Positions 16,045 to 29,278 of a DNA stretch of 64,000 bases are shown piece after piece (positions within the stretch are counted from its first letter, which is position 1; each line of letters starts with the position of its first letter). The stretch is from Polymyxa betae A26-41 (Eukaryota; Protista; Endomyxa: Phytomyxea). The notes beneath the pieces are model-generated. The model was not told where the DNA came from. It was given only the letters and a program-made list of their open reading frames with translations, and made no database searches. Where the stretch lies: contig RBZT01000734.1 in NCBI GenBank assembly GCA_003693705.1, positions 1-64,000 on the forward strand. Direction: 5' to 3'. Both the position numbers and the translations under genes were made by a program.

Positions 16045-19000
16045 ATGGTGTCGATTGAGGCAGAAGTAATACCGGTCGAAGACCCGGCTGCCACGTCCAG
16101 CTGGACCTGTGCCTGTGGCTACGAGAACGAAGCTGATGCTACGAATTGCGAGATCTGCGACCGACTTCAGGAATCTGCGGCTGCTGAGGCAGAAGCCAAG
16201 GCGACTCCTGTTAAAGGCTGGACCTGCTTGTTCTGCGACTACGTCAACCCGTAATTATTTTTTGCAAGTGCTCGGTGTACAATTAATAGAGTCGTAGAAT
16301 TTCTCGTTCGGTCTGTCGTTCATGTTCACTCGGCGACGACGGGGATGAAAATCCATCCAAACGTTTGCGGTAACAGTGTGTTCATCTTGGAGCGATAATC
16401 TTCTGAATTTTGTTAAGCCCTGATACTTCTCGAACTCGCAACATGGTTAATCTCGACTCGGCCACCGATGAAGAGGAGGTATTTGCTGACGCTTATAGAT
16501 TGATGTTTTATCAATGCAATGCAAGCTCGACCATGCCTATCAATCGTATGAGAACAACTTATCCCTTGTCCCAAATGCTACGCCCAAAGGACTTCTTGTC
16601 GATTTGTATCCGCATCAGCAGCTGGGCCTCGATTTCTTGTCGAAATCCGAAAAGAACCCGAAATATCGTGGCTCGATTCTAGCTGACGATATGGTAATCA
16701 CCTCAACTCCTAATCAAAGGCTTTAGATTTGATTTGCGTATAGGGTCTTGGAAAGACAATCCAGACGATTGCGCTAATCTGTGGGCGTCCTGCTACACAA
16801 GATGACTTACAGGTACTGGAGATCATGTTATCCTGCTATGCTGCATCGGTTACTTTGGCGCTTGTTTAGAACTGCGTCAAGACAACGCTTATTGTCTGCC
16901 CTGTCGCTCTTGCGGATCAATGGAAGGAAGAAATTGACCATGCTTGTAAATTTCAGTTCCGCAGCTCCTTTATCATTTGCTTAAAAATAACCCTGTAGGT
17001 CCTCGATTGCGTTGCGTCATCTATCATGGAACGAATCGCCGAGAAAACCTCAAATACACTATCGGCAGTCTTGACTGTGTATGCTTCTTTTTTTTTGTAA
17101 CAAATGGCTCAAATGGCATCCATTTAGGTTATCACAACGTATTCAGTTTTACAGCAAGAAGCCAAAAACCATCCCAGATCATCCATTATGCTGCAATCGC
17201 GCTGGTATCGGATTGTTTTAGATGAGGTACGTCCTTATTTTTCATTTATCGCTTCAGTTTTTCGGGATAGCCCGAGGTATTCTACTAGCATATGGCTCAT
17301 AGGGTTTTTCGTTTTCTTTCTCTTGACTGGGCCTTTTCAATATGTTGTTTCTGCCAACTTTTCGCAGGCCCATACGATAAAAAACCATCTCACCGTGGTC
17401 TCCCAAGCGCTATATGATATGAAGGCTGTCTATCGGCTGTGCCTTACTGGTACGCCCATTCAAAGTGTGTGAGATCTCACCATGTCCATTGCTGTCGCTG
17501 ATATCAACTTTTATAGATTCCATGAAAGATCTCGGGTCTTTATTCCGGTTTCTCGGTGTAAAACCTTGGTGCAAGCCCAAATACTTCAACAAAATTGCTA
17601 AAGTAGATTTTTACCATGTTGGCCCCAATCAGAGTTACTTAGATGACCTCAGGGAATTAACGAGTCGATGAAGGCCAACAATGAGAAAGCAGCCAAAAGA
17701 AAATTCGCATCTGGTAATATTAATATTTATTTTTGTTCAGCGCTAACTGTGTTTTAGTTGCTTCTATACTTCGTTCTCTCTTATTACGACGCCATAAACA
17801 AGAGGTACTACTCAATTTATCATTGCTTAATCTGACATTTGTCCAGATATTAAAAGATTTACCAAAACGATACGTTGAGACAGTTGCAGAAGAATTCGAC
17901 GAGGATGAGCGAGAAATATATCGCTCGATTGAGTCGCATGCTATAGTCAGATTCAACAAATTTTTGAAGGTCCCCAGAATGACTTCTTGAGCGCTGTGTT
18001 CGCTTAGTGTCAGATCAGGAAGGAACAGTCTTGCAGAACCAGTTCTTTATCCTTGTAATGCTTCTTAGACTTCGACAATGCTGCTGCCACCCTGCGCTGT
18101 TGCCAGTCGACGAATCAGAAGCAGAAGATCGTGATCTTGTCAAAGCCGAAACCCTCCCACAGGTACCATATCATAGTTATTGGAAATTTGCTCTTTGATT
18201 TCCCTCCTTTATTCCGCTTCAAAAAACGCATTTTTAAACGTTTTGCTGTCAACCGATTCGCTCAAGTCCTTCCGTTTAGGAGATTTTGCAAAGGCTGGAT
18301 CAGATTCCTAAAGGGCAACTTTCCGCACAAGAATGTGGTATATGCCTGGATGTAGCCGTGCTTCAGCCAATCGTGTCCAGTTGTTGTGGCCAAGTTTGGT
18401 GTAAAGAGTGCTTCCGTAGTGCTTATCAGGCAAATCTTTCAAAACATACGCTTTTTGTTATGACAAACTGCAGGTGTCCGGTTCATGTCCCTACTGCAGA
18501 ACTCCTAGCGATTCTGTTCAAATGGCAGATTTGAAAGATGCTGCAGCCGCCCTTAATCGCTTTGCCGAAGTTGGCGATCCGTTAGCGATCACGGGCGACC
18601 TAATCGAACGTCGAAATCAAATCGTTGCCAGCACCAAAGTGAAAAAGTTTGGATACTTGTCCAACGTCTCATAGGAATTACTGAAGTTGCTGAAATAGAT
18701 TACTGTCCCTACTGCAAGAAATTCGTGAAAAGGACACAACGGAGAAAGTTATTGTTTTTAGCCAGTTCACTTCATTTCTCAACTTGATTCAGCCAGTACT
18801 GCTCGAACACAATTTCAAACTCCTTCGGTTAGTGACACACCTGTCAGATGTCCCTTGGTGCAAATTATTCGAACATAGGTTTGATGGCTCAATGAATCGG
18901 GAACAAAAAACTGAGGTATTGACCTCATTCAAGAAAAACGAATCCTACACAGTTCTGTTAGGCTCATTGAAATGTGCCTCTTTGGGTCTCAATCTTACCT

Positions 19001-19367
19001 GTGCACGACGTGTCATTCTTATGGATTTATGGTATATCAGATTTCCGCAGCGTTTTTGTCCTGATTTGCTTTGCAGGTGGAACCCAGCTGTCGAAGAGCA
19101 AGCTTTCGATCGTTGCCACCGTCTAGGCCAGACGAGGGATGTCTACATCACGAGAATAACAATCGGACATTCAATTGAGGATCGAATTATGGAACTGCAA
19201 GAATCGAAAAGGCAGCTAGCTCAATGCGCTTTGGGAGAGGGTTAGTTACTTTGTAAATCATGTTGAACTATACATTTACATTTTCTTTAGGCGAGTTCAA
19301 GATACCCGCGCAAACGAAGCTGACGGTTGAAGATTTTAAAAAGCTATTCCGATCTTCCTATTGTTGA
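16045..19367 (+). CDS. Rad5/Rad16-group SNF2 helicase-RING E3 ligase with two N-terminal RanBP2-type zinc fingers (multi-exon)
   Basis: WTCACGYEN..CEIC and WTCLFCDYVNP..CRSC fingers; [20 protein letters not shown]; IVLDEAH; CLTGTPIQ; LLRLRQCCCHPALL; RING ECGICLD..CCGQVWCKEC..CPYCR; WNPAVEEQAFDRCHRLGQ. Confidence 0.9.
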
Positions 19368-19689
19368 TTAAGAAGCTGATCACCCTATCGCTGTGTATTT
19401 AAGTATTAATGTTTAAACACCCAATTTCCATGTACGAGACGTCTTATCTCAACATGCGAATCCTTTTTATTGTACTGTGCTCGCTAATTGAGCAGTGAAA
19501 CAGTATGCCATCGTTTTATATTATCGTAAGCAGCTCCTACCGGTACTTAAATATGATCATGTTGGTACCTAAATGAATCAGTTCCAACTTCAACAGAGAA
19601 AAAAAGTCCGCGACGCAATTTGAAGCGAAGTTTTCGTTTTGATTTCTGTTCGGATCTCGATCTCACATCCGACTGGGCCTTTCACATTT

Positions 19690-21705
19690 ATGAGCTCGCG
19701 GGTCCATCGCCGAAAGGCCAGAAAAGCTCGAAATCGCTTGTTAAATGGAGCTCAAACTTTGACTAAGACACAGTTAGAATATCTGAAACTGTTACAGAAT
19801 GCCGGAACTTCGCTTCACCCTGAACTCATCATCAACAGCATCGATTTGATTGGCTTCCAGGTTTGGCGTTTTCACCTATTACAGTTTAAAACTTAGATTC
19901 TGTTAGCATATTCAGGAAATGATATTATGGGTGTTAAGCGATTTCGTTAACCCGAGATGGTTTTGTATTCGTCATAAACCTCTTGTTTCTCGAATGGCCC
20001 TTATTATGGTCAATAATCTTCGCGATCATCATCTCTCATCGTTACCAGATTCGAACCCCTTCTCATCCGCTACTCGCCTACCGATAACGCTTCCCACGTC
20101 CCGATATAACGACAATGCAGTCTTGCAATCGATCTTATACTATCGGGATGCCAGCAAGAAGGCTCTGGCAGCGTATCGGAAAGCTCATGAGAACGACGAA
20201 CAGCCGGAAAAGAAAACGAAACGCGATCTGCCTTCAGCTAGTCATTATATACTGAATCCAAAGCAGCTGATCGAAAATCGTTACCCTTCTGACGCTTTCG
20301 ACAACACATGGCGTATTGGCCCATCTGATCCAGAGTTAGAGAGGTTGGATGAATCTTTAGAAGACTCAAATCTGCCTCTGACTTGATTTCGTGGCAGTGA
20401 ACGCCTGCTGGCAATTGATTGCGAGATGTGCACGACCGAACAGGGCCTGGAACTGGCCCGGGTCTCGGTCGTCGACGAACATGGCGTTGTCCTGTATGAC
20501 AGTTTCGTGATGCCTGGTAATTCTATCGTCAACTATAACACTGAATATAGTGGTATCACTGAAGAGACATTACAAGGTCGAATATTCACATATCATTTTT
20601 ACTCCTTTCAAAACAAGGAAGTTTATTCAAAATTTCTTTATGAAAAGGTCTTTGTCTTTTCGCTGAGTAATTAGATTTAGGCGTAACAACCCGGCTGCGA
20701 GACGTCCAAGAAAAGATTCTTGAGATCATCGGCTCTGATCGGCCCATCTTAGTCGGACATTCGCTGGAAAATGATTTGCATGCGATCAAGCTGGTCTACG
20801 ACCGCATCATTGATACAGCTATCATATACCCACATCGACAACCGCCGTATAAATGCTCTCTTCGCTTTCTGGCCAAAAAGCATCTCGACGAAATCATCCA
20901 ACAGGTATGTCAGCATAGAACAAATTTCAAGTTTAGACATCTCTTTCTATTTAAGCTCTTGTTGATGGATTGCTTGGATTCACGAATGTTTAGGGAAGTC
21001 ATGATAGCTGTGTTGATGCCAGAATCGCCATGTCGTTGGCATTACTCAAGATTCGGAAAGGGCCTTCATTTGGGGTTCCTTGTGGTCCCAGGCCCATGTC
21101 CATGCCTTTGCTATCCATCGTGTCGAAACACGAGCGGAAAATTGCCATGATCGACGAGCCCAGCTATTTAAAAGAAGTTTGTCATATCCTTTCGCTGTCG
21201 TATTCGGAAATCTGATTGTTACAAAGTTTGCAACGGGAAGTGTCTCGGCGATTCATTTGTCTGGCAATGGTGTATCACAGACCATCAATGCTTTGGGAGA
21301 GCACGATCTGGTCTTGGGCCGGTGGCGATTCGATCTGGATGCTGGCCGTCAGGAGCTGATGTCGTCGCTTGAACAGCTACATAACCGCATTCCGCCGTAC
21401 TCACTTGTTGTCGTGACGAGCGGTGGTGGTCTTTCTGCCGAATACCAAAGGTCTGTTAAGGCCTGGGGTTCTGTTGGGTGTTTCCCCGTCTGAATGGAGT
21501 TGTAGGTTGCTGGAATTACGAATAGAGCATATTCGAGCTAAAAAGATTTGGTAACTATGGCTGGTCCAGTTATGTGATTGGTGTTCAATAGCTGTCTAGG
21601 TCGGATGACAACGATTTGCTATTGAGGCAAGCAATGTCTAATTCTGGGAATGGAGTGGCGTTGTTTATGTTGACGTCTCCTGTATCTTCTAGCAATCCCT
21701 CATAA
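19690..21705 (+). CDS. DEDDh RNA exonuclease (REXO1/REXO5/Rex1-like), multi-exon
   Basis: LLAIDCEMCTT..ELARVSVVD..NYNTEYSGIT; ILVGHSLENDL; IIDTAIIY; HDSCVDA; N-terminal EMILWVLSDFVNPRWF segment. Confidence 0.9.
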
Positions 21706-21748
21706 ATTTTACGATCGACTATAATTCTGCTCCAAAAAATGCCATGCC

Positions 21749-22013
21749 ATGTCATTGGGTCATCCTTATGACCGTACGATGCATTTTCTAACCTGAAAGA
21801 TCCTTGCCCAGTTTTGTTTATAGAAAAGATAGCAACTGATGTAGTTCTTGAAACGACAAACCGGCTCCCTTTCGAATGTTCGGGTTGTATCAGGATTCTT
21901 TTGGCCTTGGTCTGAAGAAGGCCGGCAAAAACAACTACCTACCGTGTAGTCTGGCGTTCATGGCATCTATCGTATGGCCACCTACGGTCTACTTGCGTTC
22001 GCTGTATTATTAA
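21749..22013 (+). CDS. Putative 53-aa three-exon microprotein
   Basis: Exons 21749-21773, 21824-21840 and 21894-22013 joined by GT-AG introns of 50 and 53 nt give MSLGHPYDQKIATDDSFGLGLKKAGKNNYLPCSLAFMASIVWPPTVYLRSLYY. Confidence 0.5.
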
Positions 22014-22145
22014 ACGTTGAAGTTAGTAGATTGTCATTTATTGAAGATCTAGTTCACAATCTCAGACTTGCCAGGTTACGCATAATCTTGAAGGAATATG
22101 ACTCTAACAGAAAAGCAAGATTGTTTTATAGACAATGGGTTTTAA

Positions 22146-23508
22146 TCAATGACTAAGGATCAAATCAGCATGTTCTCCGAGCTTATCCCTAAGGATTCCT
22201 GTCCATTTGGCTCTGACATTATCCCTCAATAGATGCAGATTCTTGGCAATCGCAGTGCCCAACTGGATAGTTTGAGGTTTCGTGGAGCATTCTAGCGCTG
22301 TCTGCAGGACGTAATTACCGAATCGGTCTCTGATCAGCAAGTTGACAGCAACAATAAGTTCTTTAATCACTTGGGCACGGTTGGGAGGTGAACCCTAGCA
22401 CTGATAAGCATTCTACACTCTAAACCAGACATGTATTCGTACCCGGCGAAGACACTGTTCGACTACATTAGAGCTAAATTTTTGCTTGGACAATTTTGCA
22501 AATCTTCCGATCATTCGGGAAAAAATCGCGTCGTTTAGTTCATGACTGACGTTTTCAAGACTGAGGACCAACTGAATAACATAGTTTCCATATTGGTTCT
22601 CAACCTAAGAGATTCTTAGATTAATCAATGTAGCCAGGGTCACTACGTACCAGTAAAAGAGTGTTGGCTGCAACTTCTTCCAGCAACCTATCGACACTTG
22701 CATTCCTAGTAGCTTGGACGAGAACTTTCATCACCCGCAGACCATAGTGATCAGTGGAAAATTCGACCACATTTTCAATAGCTGCATCAAAAATGAACTT
22801 CGATGCAGGATAAGGAAACAAATCTAAAATCGTCTGAGTAGTTGTTAGTGCGAGTCCTGTAATCAGTACTGACCTAAGCATCTGAGCAGAACATAATGTC
22901 CACTAGGGTTTGAAACAATATGTCGAACATTGGGACGCAGAGTGTCAATGAACAGGCCTATTTCGTTTTCCGTTTGTAGCGTTTCCATGACAGATTGTAA
23001 AGAAAACGATCCCAGTTTATGGCACGCAACCTGAGCAAATCGAGGCTCTAGAGCTCGTATAAGTTGTAGACGTTGCTCAGCGTTAGCTAGTCGAGCCATT
23101 TTCTCGGCTGTATAGTGTCCAAAACTATCCATAACCAGATCCGCAAACTGAGGAAGAAGAGCATCCAAAGAGCATGCAAACTTTTCAGGAGGGGCAGATG
23201 TCAGTTCGTCTTGAAGAACGCGACTTGCTGCTTGCACTTTTGAGCGTTGACCGATCTCTTTCGTATGCTCGCTGATCGAGCCCGGGTCATTCCAAGATGT
23301 TGTTGACAGCGACGCTGTAATCGGCTGTTCTGGAGTTGAAGGTCGAACTGGCCCGCCTCCGGTTCTACAAAAACAATAGTCTTCATATCCAAAATCGTTC
23401 AAAAGAATATCAACATTGCAGTCTTCAATCCGAAACTAAGAGCTGAAACTCCTACCTGTGAGTTGGAATTGGTCTGTTTTTCTTCCACCTAAACTGGAGA
23501 CCAGACAT
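22146..23508 (-). CDS. Pumilio/PUF-repeat RNA-binding protein (8 repeats, multi-exon)
   Basis: Repeat cores ASRVLQ, DSFGHYTAEK, HKLGSFSLQS, NPSGHYVLLR, DHYGLRVMKV, NQYGNYVIQL, QKFSSNVVEQ, DRFGNYVLQT. Confidence 0.9.
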
Positions 23509-23670
23509 CTCAAACCCGGTTTTTACTCGAAACAGCCCAATAGATAGTTCAGTTTGGCCGACAAAATCGAAATACGTTAAAAGAATTTCGTTCAAATCGG
23601 TTCGGTCGCCAACATCGAAGGAAATATCATAATTCCAGTGCAGGCCTACACGGGATTTAGGACCCTTAAG

Positions 23671-24973
23671 TTACAAAAGGAACGCATTACCAGTGGAGAC
23701 AATCTTGAAATTAAACACAAATCGAGCTCGATTTAAGCAAAAGGCGATTATTTTCGGGGAGATTCCCATCGAAATATGAATACATTCAAAGCCGGCTGCA
23801 GCGTCATAGTAAACTGAGGCCGAAGTATCAACTGTTGATGCCGATCGGTGCCCTAACAGATGACGCAGCTCGATGCGAACAATCATCACTTTAGGTGGAT
23901 CTGTTGCGGACAGTGGCAAAGATTTGCATTCCAATGTTCCTCTATCGACAATAAATCTGAGGACATGTTCAGATTAAGATAATGAACCTGTTTTCTGTCT
24001 TACTGAGAAGGAGCGTGACTTAACCGGTCCAGAGATGGAGCTTCGTCAGCACATGAGCGATGCATCGCATGTAAGCAGTCTCGATCTGGGCAAGTAAATA
24101 CAATAACCTGATCGAATTTCTGTGTCAGCATGCATACAACGCATCCTTCGTCAGGAAAAACGGAGTTCAATGCTGACGAAGGGCGCTTCCCTGATTCATT
24201 CGATTCCGGCAAATCGTCTACACGCACAGCTGAATATGTGAAATAAACCGATCCTAGTTCGTTACCAAGGCAGGCCTCAGCGACTTTGATGAACTCGTTG
24301 TCGGAACTCTGAGGCAGTTCTCCATTCATAACAGGAGTGCTTCCATTCTGAGATTCGCCATCGTCCGCCTGGTATGCCATCCATTTCGTGATAGAGGATG
24401 AACAAAGCCAGGTGGAAACAGTGCTAACGAATGCGGGCTCGTTCACATTTGTTGTCGGGGGTAGAAAAAGCAAACTCCAATCAAATTTTTGTATTTCGGC
24501 AGGTAGTTCTTGAGAAGCCTAATGAGCAAAGGTTAAATTTGTTGGTTGTTACTGAAGATCCAGTTACTTCGGAAAAAGCAAATCTCTTTAAATATTGTCT
24601 ATCATAGGACAAATCCGAAGGGCTACACAGAAATCAGTTTTGATAACCTTCCATTACAATTAAAATAAAACCCGTTCGATAGTTCAGATAGCTCAGACTG
24701 TTCGCTATCTTCCGGCAGTTTCTCTTCAAGTACGCTCCATTTTCTGGAATCACCATTGACTCCGAAACCAAACTCTTTCTACTCGGCACTGAATTCAAAT
24801 CAAGCTTCTGCAGATAATGATATAAAGCTAACCTGGCTTCGGAATTCGATATGGTGATGATCATCCAGGTTTAGAATGGATCGGATTCTGACGACGAAAT
24901 CTCTGCTTGCGGGTGGGTCGGAATAGTTCCAAACCCAGATTTCGTTGGCGCCGTCAAGATTCCAATTTAACAT
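23671..24973 (-). CDS. Hypothetical multi-exon protein with a RING/PHD-like Cys/His cluster (5' end uncertain, may extend further upstream)
   Basis: CVVC..TCPDRDCLHAMHRSC in ORF 24000..24473; splices in phase to ORF 23671..23934. Confidence 0.5.
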
Positions 24974-26298
24974 CAACCCATACTGGGCAATAACATTAGA
25001 GAAGTGAATTTAAAGCAACTGTTACATACAATATGTTCACTTCCATTGCAGATCTCCCCTACGAGAATCATTGCAATTTCGGCAAAGACATGGGCTACCG
25101 ACTCAAAAGGCACCGGAATAATCTAATTTTTCGAAACTGAGTTAGCCTTAGTTTGATAAAATTTAACAGACCCATGCCCCGCCTGGTAGATCGTGCCACC
25201 ACGGTTTAGCATATGATTTGAATAAATCAATGCGACAAGCAGCCGGTATTCTGGACAAAATTTCTTCCAAATTGTTGAAAACCGACCAAAATTCCTAACT
25301 TCTAATTAAATCAAGCCGATTCATTGAAATATCACTACAGACCAAAATGCTCTTAAATTTAACCAGCTCATAAACGCTTGATGCCTGAATTTGCAATGCC
25401 CATTCGTGGGCGAAATCTTGGCCTTTGCGTTTCGTCATGGCGGTGGTCAGTCGCCAACCATGGGCACAACAGGCACTCGACTACAAGAATAGTCACTACG
25501 ACACCCAACCAAATATTTCGTATTAGGAAATAGAAAGGCCGACTCTATGAATTTGTGAATGTCATGAAGAGGTGACTGTGGGGGATGCCTTCCTAGCCAG
25601 TCATTTCCAATTTTCACAGTGCATGTAACGAAGGCTCTGCTACTGGCCATCTCCTCATTGATTACAGTCTCTTCCATTCGCTGCTTTAGAGCCAGACGTC
25701 ATTCGAAGGCCTGTCATCCTTTCGTTGGCCTAACCAGCTTCGTTGGTACTTCTTGGGTTCAGCACAGCTACGTTGAGCAGCAATTTCGTCGTTTGTTTTG
25801 CTCTTGTTGAGATTTGCTATCATATACATTCCCCTATTGAAGCTCATTTGTAAAAGCAAACTATGAACAGAATAAACAGAGATGACTTTCTCATCATTTG
25901 GTCTCTGATCAATATCAAGCCGCCAGCAATTTGTCGGGTTATTCTATGATTTACTCAAATTACAATCACTCAATTTATAATCAATCTACAATACGAAGAC
26001 GAAATAGATAGGATTTATAGGATAATTAGATATTCGATGACGTGTTGTAAATAGATCGTTCAGGTCTATGCTAGGGTTCAGCGAAATGAGAAATTGTCTT
26101 CGTATACTAATACTATAATATCTTGAACTTAACGTGTGATCGTATCGTCCTGGAGACGAAACGAAGGCGGGGCGAACGTTTCGTTCGCTTCAAGAAATTT
26201 TTAACAAAATATTCAATGCCGCGGAACACGGGATTTTCGGAGTCCGTAAAATTTTAGCAGATTCCCTGAAGAGGTCAAGTAAAGAGTTTGTCATCGAA

Positions 26299-27337
26299 AT
26301 GGGTCGTGTTAATAACAAGAAGCGGTCATGGCGCCGATTGGATGCTAGTGAACCTGAGAAAGCGGCCGAAATGTTTGTTCGATCCGTTGATTTGCCTAAG
26401 CTTAATTTTGTTAACTGATTTCTACAGGGAATCGGCTGCTGATAGTTCCTTATTCATGATCGATGGAGCTGTTCAGCGTTCTATTAACAAATCTGTTCCG
26501 TCTAAAAATACTCTTCAGGCCGCCAAAAAGCTCTTGAGGTGGCATGAAATCACTAAGAAAGACGATATTCGTCCCCAAGTTTATGATCTTTGGGCTGAAG
26601 CTGCCAATAAGGCATCGAAAAATCGTCCAACTGTTTTAGCAAACAGCGATCCGTTACGAACTGGCGTTGTTAGGAGAAATCTGGAGCCCGCTCACCCAGG
26701 GACATCATACAACCCTTCGAAAGAGGACCAGCAAAAAGCGATTGAGATTGCTTATGGAATTCATCTAGAGGAGAACAAAGCTGAAATGATCTGGAGTGAA
26801 AAAGTGGAACAGGCCAGAAAAGCAGTTGTCGGGAACGAAGAAGACGACGAGGAGGCTGACGAAGCTGGCGACACCACAATTATTGTGAAAGCACCCATCC
26901 GAGCCGAGGACCGCTTGACGAAGGCGATAAGAAACAAACGTCGACGCCATAAAATTTTGATGGCTAAGGCTTGCGTCCGAAAGCAACACAAAGCAATTCT
27001 TAGGCAGATTGATACAATTCAAGACCTAGCAATAGTGAAGCCTGGATTAAAGAAATCCACAAAGACATCGCGTTCTATTCAGCTGGGAAAGTACAAAGTC
27101 AAGCCTGAATTTCCAGCTGTTTTGCTTTCAGATGAAATTACCAGCAATTTGAGGGGTGTTGCTTTTCAGCCAACTATCCTTCGTGATACGTTCTTGAGCT
27201 TCCAAAGAAAAGGTAATGCGTTGGTAGTAGTCTATTATATTTCTCAAGTTGTTGCAGGTCTGATTGAAGCAAGACACAAGGTCAAACCAACTCCTGTTCG
27301 TGTCAAGCTATATGACCGATACAAGGATCGTGATTAA
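26299..27337 (+). CDS. NOP53: 60S ribosome biogenesis protein NOP53 (GLTSCR2/PICT1 family)
   Basis: [15 protein letters not shown]..; LFMIDG (AIM-like); [11 protein letters not shown]; [29 protein letters not shown]. Confidence 0.9.
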
Positions 27338-27398
27338 CTATATAAATTGTTAACGTTGAAAGATTGTTGTCTCCAATGTGACGCAAGTCTTACTTTAT

Positions 27399-27639
27399 TC
27401 ATAAAAACTGAGTTTCCGACAACATGGCACGTGCCCATGCCAATAACGATCCATCCTGACCCGGATATGTCGCGAATCCTAAGACGCTTTTCAGTATCTG
27501 CATCATCAGTTTCAAACACGACGTAACCTTGACGTTGTTTATGTTTTGGGTTTTCTTTGCAAACGACGAAGACCCTTTTCCGGCGCTTTACGAGCTGACA
27601 TGCCGAACACATCGCTTTCACTGACGATCGCACCTTCAT
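27399..27639 (-). CDS. MRPL36: Bacterial-type (mitochondrial) ribosomal protein bL36
   Basis: [39 protein letters not shown] probable intron after QG gives the tail [25 protein letters not shown]; the unspliced ORF would end at 27334. Confidence 0.85.
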
Positions 27640-27882
27640 CTTGAGAAAACTATTATAATGACGATTGTTTATCACGAATCACGAGGTTTACTCATGTTCC
27701 GCAATTTTGAGTTTTGCAAATGTGATTACTGTCGCACATGGAGAAAAAAGTGCGCAGTTATCTGTAAAGTGTAAACTGAAAAGTGCGAACGCACTACCCC
27801 GGACGCTGTTCCATGGTTGGAAAGTTATCCTCTTTTCTAATAGGGCTCACGATCCGAATCTGCCAACCGACCCGATGGCATA

Positions 27883-29278
27883 ATGGATTATATTGTTTAC
27901 GATGACGCTGATGACGAAGAACGCTCGAAATCCCTGGTAATACTTACTCCAATACAACAACAGTTGAGTGTTGTAATATCTCGGATCATTGAGCTCTCCA
28001 CAGAAGCCTTACACAGCGTAAGTTGTCTGCAGTTTTTAAAAAATAGAATTACCAGCTAATAATTGCAGTCTATCAGGAATTTTTTAGAGCAAACTGGCAT
28101 TTTTGCTGATTTAGGTGTCGTCGAACTTGAAGGATTACGTGGATGGTATTCTGTTATGCTAAATATGACGAATTCATTTTTCATACCATTGTAGCTATTC
28201 GTCTTTCGGTGAATTCATCAAAAGAATGGAAGATCTTTTCCATCAATGGACTAGGTCATGGAAATCTAAAGATGTCGATAACGCTCTATCATTTCTTTGG
28301 GAGCGTTTCAAAACTCTTTTTAGCAATGCCCAATTGCCGTCAAACGGAGTCAGTCCAGAAGATAGCGCTCCTGTATCTGATGTACAAACTGTTGTCGACA
28401 TTAATTTTGGAATGTAACTTTTGGTTGCAGTTTTCTAATGATAACTGGTCAAGGAAAGCGGTTTTATCTCGAAGGAGAAAAGAGGGTAACATACCGCTGC
28501 CTGATCGACCGTCATTGCCAGATTTAAGCAGTGTGATGAGGCCTGATTATCCCATTGGGGATTCCTTCGATTATGATGATTTCCAGCCTCTGATTCCGAA
28601 CCTGAAACAACCCAGGCAATGTTCTTCGATGGGAAACGGCCTTCTTGTCAGCGATATGCTTGCAATGTATAAAGCCAAACTTACTAATATCTGCCAGGTA
28701 TCTTGCGAAGTCATTGCCAAACCAAGCGCTCTGTTAACAACCCCTTGCTCCGAAAGCCTGGAGCGACAAGTATTCTATGAGAGATCATACTATTCTGTTT
28801 GCTGATTCTATTCCAGTCAAAAAGCACTCAGAGCGACGACGTCTGCAGATTAGGTAGCCAAAGGCTGTCGGGTTAGTTTCGAGAGCTCTCTTTATCGCCT
28901 ATCCAATCTTCCTATCAGATAATGTTGCCCGCTCAATGCTTTCAAAGGCGTTTGCTTTGGAGATCGCTAGCGCCGGATTTGTCGGTGTGCAAATGCATGC
29001 AATCGACGTCATTGTCGATGTCGCAATTGAGCACATACAGCAATGGGCGCGCCTTTTAAAAGGTTCTATAATTCCTGCTGTGTCGATTTCGAGCTAATCT
29101 TTGGTCCTTAGAGGACAGCTTGGAGCTAAATCTGGATCGTTTTGAAGATGGGTTGACAAAGAGGATATTGGACTTCATACGAGACAGGAAGGACTCGCTT
29201 GCCAATCCCAATGTCGGCCTCAACATTCAGTCAAACCACAGCAACGAATCGGATGCCAAAAGGCCTCGATTGTACTGA
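27883..29278 (+). CDS. Protein with C-terminal bromodomain-associated histone fold (SPT7/TAF3/TAF8-like), multi-exon
   Basis: Exon ~28919-29062 reads VARSMLSKAFALEIASAGFVGVQMHAIDVIVDVAIEHIQQWARLLK (Bromo_TP-type pattern); basic C-terminus AKRPRLY. Confidence 0.6.
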
